64,000 nt of DNA from a virus, in IMG/VR virus record IMGVR_UViG_3300006802_000073, positions 32,001-96,000 of that record; one strand, 5' to 3'. The translations under genes were made by a program, and so were the position numbers. Below are positions 18,554 through 28,944 of this stretch, piece by piece. Within the stretch, counting starts at the first letter, position 1. Every line of letters begins with the position of its first letter. The notes beneath the pieces are model-generated. The model did not search any database. It was not told where the DNA came from and was given only the letters and a program-made list of their open reading frames with translations.

Positions 18554-20350
18554 TTATCCTTCACATGCTAAACAAATTTCTTCATCTTGTGCTAGAGCTT
18601 TAAGATCTAATTCTTCAATAACCTGTCTTTCAATTTGTTTTGAAACTTTATCTGCCTTTCCAATCTTTTCAGAACGACAATAATAAAGAGTTTTTAATCC
18701 TTGTTTCCATGCTTGAAAATGTACTGCATGAATATATTTCACATTAGCATTTGGACGAAAGAAGAGATTTAATGATTGAGATTGATCAATATAATCTGTT
18801 CTATCAGCAGCATGTTGGACAATCCATCGTTGATCTAACTCCATAGATGTTTTAAAGATATCTTTTTCATAATCATCTAAACAATCCAAATGTTGTACCG
18901 ATCCATCATTTGCGATAATAGATGACCAAATCTCGGTAATCTTTTCATCAGTTAAATCTTTAGATCTAAGAACTTTATCTAAAAATTTATTTTTATTTAG
19001 ATGAGCCCCTGAAAGAGTATCTTGTCTATAAGCATTTGCACGATATGGTTCGATTGAAGGACTAGTATTCCCCATAATGATAGAACTTGATGCATTTGGT
19101 GCAATTGCCATAACATGCGAAAATCTTAAGCCAGTTCCTTTAGCATCGGGTGCTTCGCCTCTTTCTTCACCCAATTCAATATTTGCTTTATCTAAACGCT
19201 TTCTAATGTGTTTAAACATCGCTTTATTTGCTGATACTGATAAAGCGGATTCCCACGGTAAACCTTTTTTCTGCAGATAGGCATGAAAACCTAATGCACC
19301 AACTCCAATACTTCTTTCACGATTAGCAGAATATTTTGCTCTCTGTATACTACGAGGTGCATTATCAATAAAGTATTGCAATACATTATCTAACATCTCA
19401 GCAATATCTTTAAGAAATAGTTTATCAGACTTCCAATCATCATAATATTCTAAATTGACTGAAGAAAGACAACATACTGCAGTTCTATCTTTATCTGTTG
19501 GAAGAATAATTTCACTACAAAGATTTGATTGCCTAATTTTCAAACCAAGTGCTTTTTGAAATCCTGGCATTTTTTCATTACTTCTATCGATAAAGTGAAG
19601 ATATGGTTCTCCAGTATGCATACGCATCTCTAAAATTCTTTGCCATAATTCTTTTGCAGATACTTTATCTCTCACTTCTCCATTATGTGGATCTTTAAGT
19701 TCCCATGTATCATCTGCAGTAGAATCTAACATACATTTTTCAATAATCTCCATAAAATCATCCGTGATATTAATACCATGATGAAGATTTAAGCAACGCA
19801 TATTTTGATCACCTGTAGATTTTCTCATCTCTACAAAAAGAAGAATATCGGGATGAGAAATATCAAGGTAAGCAGCATAGCTACCCCTACGAGTCCTGCC
19901 TTGACGATAAGCCAAGCAACTTGCATCATAAGTTTTGAGATGAGGCATAACACCAACAGACTTGTCATCAGAACTACGAATACCAATACCAATTCCAATT
20001 CCACCTCCTAACATAGATAACCAATTCACTTCAGAGAGACATTCTACTAATCCATCTGCACTATCATGCAAATAAGGTAAAAAACATGAAATAGGTAGAC
20101 CTCGTTTCGTTCTACCAAAAGCTAAAATCGGTGTACTATAACTAAGCCAATGTTTACTTGAATATTCATAAAGCCTTTGTGCGTGTTCTTCATTTGATCC
20201 AAATTTAGATGATACAAAAGCAAATCTTTCCTGTGGCGATTCTTCATCATCACGCATATAACTTTCTTTAAGTCTCTTAATACCTAACTCATCAAATAAC
20301 TTATCTCTAGTATAATCTACTTTGATACCGTGAACAATATCTGTTTGCAT
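18554..20350 (-). CDS. nrdA: Ribonucleotide reductase class Ia alpha subunit
   Basis: PISCF, SNLCSEI, VCCLSS, APNASSS, KTLYY, C-terminal CLAC. Confidence 0.95.
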   Translation of the reverse strand: MQTDIVHGIKVDYTRDKLFDELGIKRLKESYMRDDEESPQERFAFVSSKFGSNEEHAQRLYEYSSKHWLSYSTPILAFGRTKRGLPISCFLPYLHDSADGLVECLSEVNWLSMLGGGIGIGIGIRSSDDKSVGVMPHLKTYDASCLAYRQGRTRRGSYAAYLDISHPDILLFVEMRKSTGDQNMRCLNLHHGINITDDFMEIIEKCMLDSTADDTWELKDPHNGEVRDKVSAKELWQRILEMRMHTGEPYLHFIDRSNEKMPGFQKALGLKIRQSNLCSEIILPTDKDRTAVCCLSSVNLEYYDDWKSDKLFLKDIAEMLDNVLQYFIDNAPRSIQRAKYSANRERSIGVGALGFHAYLQKKGLPWESALSVSANKAMFKHIRKRLDKANIELGEERGEAPDAKGTGLRFSHVMAIAPNASSSIIMGNTSPSIEPYRANAYRQDTLSGAHLNKNKFLDKVLRSKDLTDEKITEIWSSIIANDGSVQHLDCLDDYEKDIFKTSMELDQRWIVQHAADRTDYIDQSQSLNLFFRPNANVKYIHAVHFQAWKQGLKTLYYCRSEKIGKADKVSKQIERQVIEELDLKALAQDEEICLACEG

Positions 20351-20359
20351 GTAACTTCC

Positions 20360-21361
20360 CTATTTAAAAATTTTTTCTTCTATTTGAAGAATTTTGTTAT
20401 CTAACATAGCATTTCTGTTTTGTTCACAAAGATTAGCCCATTCTATTTTTAATAAATCACTTAGAACTTTATCATTGTAATTTTTTGTGTTTTGCATTAA
20501 AGATAGAAATCTACCTTTTAGATTACAAAATTCGTTAACTAAAAATTCAGAATATTCACCTATCTGTTTCTTAATATCATCTCTAGACGGTTTTAATCCT
20601 TCATAAGTATAATATTCTGTACCATAGATAGAATGAAATAATCCCGCAATATAAACATCTCGCTCAAATTTATTTTTCTCTAAAATAATTGCTGTATTAT
20701 ATAAGTGTTCAAAGAAAGTTTTACTACTATGATTAAATTTTTGTGTCAGATTTTGTACATATGCTACTTGTGGATCTATATAATCTTTTGATATTGTTTT
20801 AAACACTAAAACAGATCTTAGAACAGGACAAGCTCTTGTAACTGGTCGAGCAGAATGTAATCTATTTGAATCAAAAATTAATACTCTACCTAATTTTGGT
20901 AATATCGATGCTACGATATCAGTAGCAGCTTCATTTAAGATAACAGTTTCTCCACCCCAATCATAATGCCATTCAGGATTAATATAAACTATTATAGTCT
21001 CAGATCTTGTATTATCACCATATTTTTCAGCAATCCAATTATCATCAGTATGAAAATAAGCATCTGTACCATATGTATAACCATTAATATAACATCTCAA
21101 CAAAGCTCTTTCTTCTATATTAGGTAAAATACTTTGCCATATAGAATCAATTAATGGGTTCTTTTTTATATATGGAGAACATGTGAAATCTAATACTAGA
21201 TTCTTATTTGATTTTAATATCTGCTTGTTCCAATGTCCATAGTCATAACTTTTACCGTTAGAAGATTTCCATCCATATTTTAAACCAGTGTTGACATAAG
21301 TTTTTACAACTTGCTCTAGAAGTTTTTCAGCTTTTATCAATTCTATTATTTTTATAGACAT
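20360..21361 (-). CDS. 2OG-Fe(II) oxygenase fused to an HD-like domain
   Basis: HTD...WGGET...LHSARP...R; C-terminal HSSKTFFEHL...AGLFHSIYGTE. Confidence 0.8.
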   Translation of the reverse strand: MSIKIIELIKAEKLLEQVVKTYVNTGLKYGWKSSNGKSYDYGHWNKQILKSNKNLVLDFTCSPYIKKNPLIDSIWQSILPNIEERALLRCYINGYTYGTDAYFHTDDNWIAEKYGDNTRSETIIVYINPEWHYDWGGETVILNEAATDIVASILPKLGRVLIFDSNRLHSARPVTRACPVLRSVLVFKTISKDYIDPQVAYVQNLTQKFNHSSKTFFEHLYNTAIILEKNKFERDVYIAGLFHSIYGTEYYTYEGLKPSRDDIKKQIGEYSEFLVNEFCNLKGRFLSLMQNTKNYNDKVLSDLLKIEWANLCEQNRNAMLDNKILQIEEKIFK

Positions 21362-21365
21362 TTTA

Positions 21366-21743
21366 TTATTTTAGTTTAAGAACTGCTTTAATATTTGGAG
21401 GAGAATATGTATCTGGTTTAAGAATTTTACCATCCTCACGTTTAAGAATTTTACCTGATGAACTAACTTTTGAAAGATTAGATCTTGCAACTTCCTTCCA
21501 TACTTGTTGTAGAGGAATACCTAAAGAATGACAAAGACCTTCAATAACCCAAATTAAATCAGCACAGGCATCTGCTGTCTCTACAATATCAAAATCTTTC
21601 ACTGCCTTTACTAATTCATAATATTCTTCTTTAACTAGATCCATATAAAGTAATGATTGATGTGTAAAAGCTCCATCTATTTCTCTCTTTACTTGATGAT
21701 CTGCTGCCTCCATAAAAATTTTTACATCATTAAATGTATTCAT
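21366..21743 (-). CDS. MazG-like nucleotide pyrophosphohydrolase
   Basis: EEYYEL...ETADACADL...EVARSNLSK...DGKILKP. Confidence 0.8.
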   Translation of the reverse strand: MNTFNDVKIFMEAADHQVKREIDGAFTHQSLLYMDLVKEEYYELVKAVKDFDIVETADACADLIWVIEGLCHSLGIPLQQVWKEVARSNLSKVSSSGKILKREDGKILKPDTYSPPNIKAVLKLK

Positions 21744-22441
21744 GCAAACTCCTTAATAATTGGAAATACTTTTGAAAGAACTTTTGCACATTCAACCGCG
21801 ATCTCTCTATGCTCTTTTTGTGTACCATTGCCAGATCGAAGCTCAATATAATGAATCCATGAGCGTAAAGTTCCATTCATATATAGTTTTGATTCAATCA
21901 ATCCTTCTGGTAAAACTGCTCTTGCTTGTTCTTTAGCAATACCTTTAGAAATAGCTCTTTTATATGCTTCTTTTGCTGCCTCTAATACTCTATATTGTTG
22001 ATATTCCCATTCCCTCTGTAAGTATTCATTCTGAACTTCTATACTATTTTGTCTATTTTTTGTATCTTGTAGACGTGGATCTCTAAGTACAAATGAAAGT
22101 TCTTTAACTGGATCGGCATATCGTTGACTAAATTCTTGAAATGAAAAACTTCTATGTCTAAGAATTTGTCTAGCAATATCTCTTGTCGTTGTAATCTCTA
22201 AACAAGCGGAGACAAGTTCAAATGGACTCCAATGTTTGTTTTTGACCAAATATTTAAGTAGTTTATCAGATGTCTCTGTATTATGTTGATTTTGTGGATT
22301 GGATACACGGGCACAAAAAGCAACTAAGTCTTGTGGTGATTTAATAAATTGTAAAAAGGTGTTATCTTCATGTGTTTCTGGATCTAAATTTGGTTGTGAA
22401 TAAGAAATAAGTCTAACTTGCATTTTTAATAAACTCCTCAA
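21740..22441 (-). CDS. thyX: Flavin-dependent thymidylate synthase
   Basis: HWSPFE, RHRSFSFQEFSQRY, QKEHR. Confidence 0.96.
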   Translation of the reverse strand: MRSLLKMQVRLISYSQPNLDPETHEDNTFLQFIKSPQDLVAFCARVSNPQNQHNTETSDKLLKYLVKNKHWSPFELVSACLEITTTRDIARQILRHRSFSFQEFSQRYADPVKELSFVLRDPRLQDTKNRQNSIEVQNEYLQREWEYQQYRVLEAAKEAYKRAISKGIAKEQARAVLPEGLIESKLYMNGTLRSWIHYIELRSGNGTQKEHREIAVECAKVLSKVFPIIKEFA

Positions 22442-22775
22442 TTGTCATTCCAGTATTTGGTATTACTTGTACTGCTCGGTCATCCCACAATTCTACCATT
22501 CCATAATCTTTAATATTTGTAATAGGTAATACTTTGCCTAAATGGTTTAAACACCATTCTTCAATTTTTTTTCTAATAGGTTCTATAGAACGTTGTACAC
22601 CTTGTGTATTAATTTCACTTACTCTAGCAGTAAAGATTCTAACATCTTTACCTTCCTTTAACCATTTAATTACTTTCTCTTGCATTGGCTTAATAGGTTG
22701 TCCAATATCTCCATTTTTCCATCCATTATAATATGCAAGAGTTCCATCTAAATCTACACCAATCCACGAGTTCAT
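22413..22775 (-). CDS. HAD-family phosphatase
   Basis: DLDGTL, FTAR, DDRA. Confidence 0.8.
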   Translation of the reverse strand: MNSWIGVDLDGTLAYYNGWKNGDIGQPIKPMQEKVIKWLKEGKDVRIFTARVSEINTQGVQRSIEPIRKKIEEWCLNHLGKVLPITNIKDYGMVELWDDRAVQVIPNTGMTIEEFIKNAS

Positions 22776-22778
22776 ATA

Positions 22779-23810
22779 TTAACACCTTTTCCAAACAATA
22801 AAATTAGCTCTAGCTTCTAATCCTCTAAAAGTTCTTTCTTTAATCATCTTAAGAATAGATGCAGATGATTTACCTGACAATACCATTTCATTGATATCTT
22901 TTTCTTTTAAAGTTTGATTCCAAATAACTACATTATAATTTTTTTCGATAAGTTTTTCAATAACCTTGCAAACATCTTTATTTCTAGGTTGATTATCCAC
23001 AATGATCGTCATATTATCTTTAGAAATATTTAATGAATCTAATTTATTAAATGATGTTCCAGTTACTGCAATTGCATTAGGTAAAAATAAACTATCAATA
23101 GGACCTTCTGTAACGTATATATGTTTGTTAGAATTAACAGATTCTAAACCAAATATCATTGGAATATCATCTTTTATATCAATAGTTAGATAACGAAGTT
23201 TTTCATTACCCAATGCTCTACATGTAACACCAATTAATTGTAATTTATCATCAAAGAAAGGTAAAACTATTCTAGGTTCATTAGATGTTATCTTATCTTT
23301 TACTTTATCTGATAATTGTTCAATCTTCTTTATATCATCAATAAAATAAAGTCTTTTGTATTGATGTTCTGGAATCATTCGTTTTTTACAAAACTTTACT
23401 GCAATATGATCCTCAGATAAAGTATCGATTCTATCAAGAATAGAATCTAATGAAGTATCAGGTTTTTTTTCAGTTATTTTAGATTCTGTAAAGACTAATT
23501 TAGGTTCTTTTTTATGTGGTTTATTTGCAGCTACACCATCTGCATAACGCTCAAAGGAATATTGTGAATATAATGAACCATCAATCATCTTTAAAAAAGT
23601 ACCAAAGTGTACTGAAATTGCACAATTATGGCATTTCATAAACATATCATTTTTAACTTTATAGAAATAACCTCTAGTTTTTGTTTTCTTTTTAGAGGAA
23701 TCTCCGCAGATAGGGCATCTAAAGTTAAATAGATAATCGTTTTTACGTTTAAAGAATTCTAAACGTGTACTAACAAAGTTTATATATTTTAGATCAATGT
23801 ATAGAGACAT
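22779..23810 (-). CDS. 61: DNA primase (gp61)
   Basis: CPICGDS..CHNC zinc finger, EGPIDSLF, KDINEM. Confidence 0.95.
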   Translation of the reverse strand: MSLYIDLKYINFVSTRLEFFKRKNDYLFNFRCPICGDSSKKKTKTRGYFYKVKNDMFMKCHNCAISVHFGTFLKMIDGSLYSQYSFERYADGVAANKPHKKEPKLVFTESKITEKKPDTSLDSILDRIDTLSEDHIAVKFCKKRMIPEHQYKRLYFIDDIKKIEQLSDKVKDKITSNEPRIVLPFFDDKLQLIGVTCRALGNEKLRYLTIDIKDDIPMIFGLESVNSNKHIYVTEGPIDSLFLPNAIAVTGTSFNKLDSLNISKDNMTIIVDNQPRNKDVCKVIEKLIEKNYNVVIWNQTLKEKDINEMVLSGKSSASILKMIKERTFRGLEARANFIVWKRC

Positions 23811-23852
23811 GGTTTACTCCTTTTAAACCATGTTAACATATTATAGTAAATT

Positions 23853-24422
23853 TTACAATGAATTTCTTTGTAGAAGTTTTTTTCTACGAAACAATCTAGA
23901 TTTACGTGTTAGTTTGTTTAGAGGGGGGACAGCAATATCATCAGAAGTTCTACCTATACCTGCAATACCAGGAGTAACGGTAGCTGTATTTGCTGGAGCA
24001 CCGCCATCTTCTTCATAAAATAAATGAAAAGGTATTATTTTCTTTCCTGTAAAAAATTCTTCAACGATTGTTGTGTCGTGTTCTAGAGTAAGAGTTTCTA
24101 AAAAGATTGATTCTAAATTTAAAGGTTCTTTTTCAGTTTGTATACATTCTCTAACTAATGCATAGGCAGCTGCATAGGAAGCAAATTTTTTATTTTCTGT
24201 TGGTAATTTTTCAATTATTCGTTTTAACCTAAATACTATTCTATGTAAGAATGTATAAGCATCTTTTTCTTCGGATGTTTTTAGTTGAGAAGATTTTTTT
24301 AAAATTTTACCTTTTTCATCTATAATACCCAATTTATATGCAGTTGTTTCATTAAAAGGAGTTACGAGCATACGTAAAATTCTATATGCAACAATATTAT
24401 CTGCAAATCTTGAAGTTGGCAT
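23853..24422 (-). CDS. Conserved T4-like late protein
   Basis: AYKLGIIDEKGK family. Confidence 0.6.
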   Translation of the reverse strand: MPTSRFADNIVAYRILRMLVTPFNETTAYKLGIIDEKGKILKKSSQLKTSEEKDAYTFLHRIVFRLKRIIEKLPTENKKFASYAAAYALVRECIQTEKEPLNLESIFLETLTLEHDTTIVEEFFTGKKIIPFHLFYEEDGGAPANTATVTPGIAGIGRTSDDIAVPPLNKLTRKSRLFRRKKLLQRNSL

Positions 24423-24808
24423 TATAGAGTCCTTAATATTTTTGCTATATTATAATCTATGGGTATATCTGTATCTTTTATATCATTATAAAGAAATACA
24501 TTTGAAGGCATCATGTTAAGATAAACAAGAAATGTTTTAAGATATGACCAATATTTTTGATCTATTTTAAAAAATAACATTTTAACTGTTGCTTCTGCTC
24601 CAAAAAGATTATAAAGAACGATTATATGGTTTAATATTAATCGTTCTTTAAGATCATTTGCTGTACTATATCTATTAAATAATCTTTTTAGATATTTTAT
24701 TCTTTTTAAATCATCATAAAATTCATGTATGCTTTTAAATGAAGAAGCATCATAACATTTTATAGCGTATAATAAGAAATTATCATTAGTTAAGTCGAAT
24801 ACCATCAA
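24422..24808 (-). CDS. Conserved T4-like hypothetical protein
   Basis: EFYDDLKRIKY...LKERLILNHIIVLYN. Confidence 0.7.
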   Translation of the reverse strand: MMVFDLTNDNFLLYAIKCYDASSFKSIHEFYDDLKRIKYLKRLFNRYSTANDLKERLILNHIIVLYNLFGAEATVKMLFFKIDQKYWSYLKTFLVYLNMMPSNVFLYNDIKDTDIPIDYNIAKILRTL

Positions 24809-25087
24809 TTACCATTCTGTTATACTAGCTCTCTTCCAAATATTGGCAGTTCCATTAGAATATGTTGCTGTACAGACATAGAAATATGTGCTATCAAAAG
24901 CAATCATACCAACCACATCACCTACAACACCTTTAGCATTTGCTGGTGCACTACTTATTTGTGTTAAACTTGCAATTAGATTGCCACCAGTAATACGTTT
25001 GCTGGCGTTAGACTGAACTATATAAAATAGATCAGTCTCGCCAACAGTTGTAGTCGATGTTAATTCAGATAATTTAGAATCAGCCAT
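24809..25087 (-). CDS. Putative virion structural protein
   Basis: MADSKLSELT N-terminus and D.TYFYVC..WKR motif typical of tail/fibre accessory proteins. Confidence 0.55.
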   Translation of the reverse strand: MADSKLSELTSTTTVGETDLFYIVQSNASKRITGGNLIASLTQISSAPANAKGVVGDVVGMIAFDSTYFYVCTATYSNGTANIWKRASITEW

Positions 25088-25635
25088 TATGAGTTAGGAA
25101 TTACTGTATCATCATTAGCATCTGTTTCAAGAGAACCTGTTGAAACATTACGATTAAAGTATTTAGATGCAGCTACAAGAACTTCTGTCTTAACTCGTGT
25201 TTGACCATATCCATCAACATATGTTGTATGATATGTCCAACCGGGTTGACTAAAGCCATTTGCTTTATTTGCTGTAACACCGACTTCAACATAATCGACT
25301 CCATATACATTTTGAATTGTATACATGCCGGAATCAGAGGTTGAACCTGTGTTATTAATTGCTTTAGGACCTTGTTGAACATTTGCTTTTACATTAGATG
25401 TAGAGCCTTCATAAACTCTATCTAGAGTTAAAGAAGTATCTGAATCAACAGTTAAAACATAATACTTAACATTAGAGTTACTTGTTACAGCACCGGCAAC
25501 AAAATAATCGCCAGGGTCTACTTCACTTAAGAAGATTGTAGTATTTCCTAAGGAATTTGAAACTGTAGCGCTGCCATTAGTAACTATAACATTAGCTGTT
25601 ATTTGTTTACTATCTAGTTTACCCCATCCTGACAT
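25087..25635 (-). CDS. Putative virion structural protein
   Basis: MSGWGKLD...PGW...RVKTEVLVA. Confidence 0.55.
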   Translation of the reverse strand: MSGWGKLDSKQITANVIVTNGSATVSNSLGNTTIFLSEVDPGDYFVAGAVTSNSNVKYYVLTVDSDTSLTLDRVYEGSTSNVKANVQQGPKAINNTGSTSDSGMYTIQNVYGVDYVEVGVTANKANGFSQPGWTYHTTYVDGYGQTRVKTEVLVAASKYFNRNVSTGSLETDANDDTVIPNS

Positions 25636-25648
25636 TTATTTTCTCCTA

Positions 25649-26431
25649 TTAATCTTCGTCGGTTGAGTCAGGTTTAACGGTCTGACCAATATTTTCAACT
25701 CTTCTAATGTTACCATGATGCAAATAGCGGCGCTTCATACCATTTTTATCAGTCATTACATAACTGACATGCGGCTTTCCATTTACAATTTTAGTTTTGA
25801 GATCTGTTACATCTTTTCTATTAGCTAATTTACCAATTTCTTCCCATGATAATGCTTCAATAACTAAATCTTCTACTCTATTTTCATATGCAACTTCTAT
25901 TGTCTCTAAAGCAAGATGTAATTGCTCTTCTGATAATTCAGAAAATGAAGTTACTCCTTCAAGTGTTAGATATGCTTTTACATAATCAGAATATTCTAAC
26001 TTTTTTGGTAAAGTAACTTCAAACGAATCTTCTTTAATAATAGTTTCTTCAATAACACCTTCCGTCACATCTTTCACGGTATGACCTGCTCTTTCTGCTG
26101 CTCTTAATATAGCACTACGATCAGCATAACTACTCCGCTTGCTGTCAATTTTGTATGTACCTTTCTTTAACCACGGCAAATATTTACGACGGTGTTCTGG
26201 TTCAATATGTTTTAATACCTCGTCTGCATCTGGATGAATATCGCCTTTTAGTTCTTCTTTGACAGTCGCTACGGTCTTACCTTTACGTAGCATCTCAAAG
26301 TCTTTTGCTGTTAACTCATCTTTTTCAGGTTCGTGGATGTCAAGTTTTTGTTGATTTGGATGAAGTGGTTTCTTTGCTTCATCCAGTTTACCATTAAGTA
26401 TATCTGCTGCTGTTTCTACTAGAGTACGCAT
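25649..26431 (-). CDS. Putative internal head protein
   Basis: Late block; LHPNQQKLD..KDFEMLR; many Glu-rich motifs resembling gp21 cleavage sites. Confidence 0.45.
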   Translation of the reverse strand: MRTLVETAADILNGKLDEAKKPLHPNQQKLDIHEPEKDELTAKDFEMLRKGKTVATVKEELKGDIHPDADEVLKHIEPEHRRKYLPWLKKGTYKIDSKRSSYADRSAILRAAERAGHTVKDVTEGVIEETIIKEDSFEVTLPKKLEYSDYVKAYLTLEGVTSFSELSEEQLHLALETIEVAYENRVEDLVIEALSWEEIGKLANRKDVTDLKTKIVNGKPHVSYVMTDKNGMKRRYLHHGNIRRVENIGQTVKPDSTDED

Positions 26432-26441
26432 ATTTTTCCTC

Positions 26442-26840
26442 TTAATCTAATTTACTAACAGGTGTTGATGACCAGTAACGACAGCTCCAGTAGTTCGCTT
26501 TCCAGCGGGGACCCGGATTATCGCAATTATGTCTTGCTCTATAATTTTTACGACGCTCAGGACTATCACGCTTAATTTCCATATTTGGATCACCAAAATT
26601 AACTTTTACAACATTTCCCTTATCATTTTTTACATAAACAGCACGTTTCTTAGGTCCAGATGGTGTTAAAAAAGGCTTGCCTAATTTTACTTTTTTACCC
26701 TGCACTTCAGCTTCTTCAACTAAATCATCACCCCAAGTTTCATATTCTATATCATCACAAATAATAAAACTTTCCTCCACAGAATCTACATCAGATTCTG
26801 CAATATAGAAGTCATTTTTAAAGGTTTTAAAAGTTTTCAT
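26442..26840 (-). CDS. Conserved late protein
   Basis: EAEVQGKKVKLGKP...VNFGDP...RARHNC..A.YWSC. Confidence 0.65.
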   Translation of the reverse strand: MKTFKTFKNDFYIAESDVDSVEESFIICDDIEYETWGDDLVEEAEVQGKKVKLGKPFLTPSGPKKRAVYVKNDKGNVVKVNFGDPNMEIKRDSPERRKNYRARHNCDNPGPRWKANYWSCRYWSSTPVSKLD

Positions 26841-26871
26841 CCTGTTTATCTATTTATTGATTTATTATTTA

Positions 26872-27711
26872 TCATCTCTTTGATTTTAAGCGTTTACTTT
26901 CAAGAGAACGAATCTTTGGTATCAATCTTTGTGCAAGTATAGTACGTATATTTTTCATAGCTTTTATACGTGCTTCTAACGAATCTTTTTCTTGTGCTGA
27001 TAATTGCGCTTTATTTCTTCCATAAAGAAATCGTTTCATTAACAATCTTCTTGCAGCAACTTTAGCTCTATTCTGTAATTGCGACATAGTGGAAGGTCTA
27101 CTTAATTTTATAGAGGCTCCCAATTGTCTCTTTGGTGTTGTTCTTTTAAAATGCATTCTTTTACGTAATCTAGAAGCAGCAGAAATTTTTTCGTCTAAAA
27201 TCTCTTCTTCTAATTGCTCTTCTTCATAAGTATCGGAAATATCATCCCATTCTAAATCATCAATTATATCATCAATATCAAGTTCTTCTTCTTCTTTAAC
27301 CGGAACACAATTTGGAACAGTTTTACCATTCTTTTTCTTTACACCTACAGGTTTATATCCATTCCAACATGGATTATCTTCAGGATCTTTTAATCCCTCA
27401 TCTACACTACCATCAGGAAAAGAAGCAGGAATATGTGTATAGGGTTCATCAAAAAAGAAAGAATCTCCATGATATGGTAAAAATTTAGCCATATCAGATA
27501 TTATAGATTCTATATAAGCATTATGATTCTGTAAATCTTTAAGATGTTTTAATGCCTCCATGGCAATAGATAATTTTACAGTAAAATCATGGACTTGTTG
27601 TTGAGTAATAATCTTTGTACGCAAAGCGTCTTTATACATACCTAAATATGCATCTGTAGCTATAATAGCACGTTTTAAAATCTCAGCTTGTATTTCTTTT
27701 TCGTTGTTCAT
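26872..27711 (-). CDS. Putative internal head protein
   Basis: PCWNGY..GVKKKNGKTVPNCV repeat module; acidic middle, basic C-terminus. Confidence 0.55.
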   Translation of the reverse strand: MNNEKEIQAEILKRAIIATDAYLGMYKDALRTKIITQQQVHDFTVKLSIAMEALKHLKDLQNHNAYIESIISDMAKFLPYHGDSFFFDEPYTHIPASFPDGSVDEGLKDPEDNPCWNGYKPVGVKKKNGKTVPNCVPVKEEEELDIDDIIDDLEWDDISDTYEEEQLEEEILDEKISAASRLRKRMHFKRTTPKRQLGASIKLSRPSTMSQLQNRAKVAARRLLMKRFLYGRNKAQLSAQEKDSLEARIKAMKNIRTILAQRLIPKIRSLESKRLKSKR

Positions 27712-27765
27712 TTAAAACTAGCCCCTAGAAACTAACAGTAGTTTTCATGTATGATTGTTGTAATA

Positions 27766-28908
27766 TCATAATTCAGTATAATTCCTAAAATGTTGTCTAC
27801 GAACATGAGATGGGTCAGCCATTGCTCCTATATAATTCTGTATCTGTTTATTTCTACTTACATCATTGATATTAATGTCAACAGGTCCTAAAGCATCTAT
27901 TAATTTATCAAACAATTCTTTTGCTTTAGGTTCAATATCAAAATTTTTTGTCTCATAATCTAAAAAAGAAATTTGATTTAAAGATTCTGCATTTTTTGCC
28001 ATTTCAGCAATCTGTGCTGGAGACATTAATAAACGGGGTATTTCTCTTCCTTTTTTTGTTTTAAATGTAAATGATTCATTATAAGGACGAGGTGTTGCCA
28101 TAACAATTGAAGATTTCTTCTCAATAATAGGTGCTTCTTCCTGTATATCAGTTAACCATCTTTTTTCTATACTACCATCTAAAGTTTCAACAGTGACATA
28201 ATTACTATTACAAGAAATTATCATAACTTCATTCTGTTCAACAAAAACTATATCTCCAACATTATAAATTTCTTTATTGTAATATTGTTCTCTAACTGTT
28301 TTAGACGCAGATTTCATACCTTCTTGTGTATCATGAAAAAGTTCTTTTGCATGTGAATCTGATATATGAGAGGGAACACCTTTACGAAATTCTTTAAAGT
28401 TATTTGCTGCAGCATGAGCACGCATCTTAGATGCTGACATACCTTCAGCACCTTCAGCATCAGGATCTCTTTCTCCGGAGGAAACAACTTTAATTGATTT
28501 AAAATTAAAAAGTTTACCCTCACCTTCTCCATTATATTTGTGTAATGTTTTATGGAATTCTTCTACTCTATCAGATCCACCAACCATAATCAAATGTTTT
28601 GTACCACTTTTATGTAACTCTGCAGCATGAGTTAGATATGATGGAGATTGCTTAGAGGATGTTCTAAAGTTAACTTTTGGAAAAAATCTTTTAGCATGTT
28701 TTAATTTCTGCTCTGGACTTAAAGGATTTTTCTTCGGATCTTGGGAATGAGACATAACGATCAGATGATCTGCTTTATGTTCTTTGGCAAGAGATATTAC
28801 AGTATTAATCAATTTTTGATGACCAGTTGTAGGTCCTGGATTCATACGCCCAAAGGCGAAAACTGTTGTTTTTTCGCTTCCCTCTACAATAAAATCTCTA
28901 AATTTCAT
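27766..28908 (-). CDS. HIGH-superfamily (cytidyltransferase-like) nucleotidyltransferase
   Basis: FGRMNPGPTTGHQKL, KNPL, GSDR, MSASKMR. Confidence 0.8.
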   Translation of the reverse strand: MKFRDFIVEGSEKTTVFAFGRMNPGPTTGHQKLINTVISLAKEHKADHLIVMSHSQDPKKNPLSPEQKLKHAKRFFPKVNFRTSSKQSPSYLTHAAELHKSGTKHLIMVGGSDRVEEFHKTLHKYNGEGEGKLFNFKSIKVVSSGERDPDAEGAEGMSASKMRAHAAANNFKEFRKGVPSHISDSHAKELFHDTQEGMKSASKTVREQYYNKEIYNVGDIVFVEQNEVMIISCNSNYVTVETLDGSIEKRWLTDIQEEAPIIEKKSSIVMATPRPYNESFTFKTKKGREIPRLLMSPAQIAEMAKNAESLNQISFLDYETKNFDIEPKAKELFDKLIDALGPVDININDVSRNKQIQNYIGAMADPSHVRRQHFRNYTEL

Positions 28909-28944
28909 TATTTTCCCGTAAAAAATAAAGTTATATATTATTTA

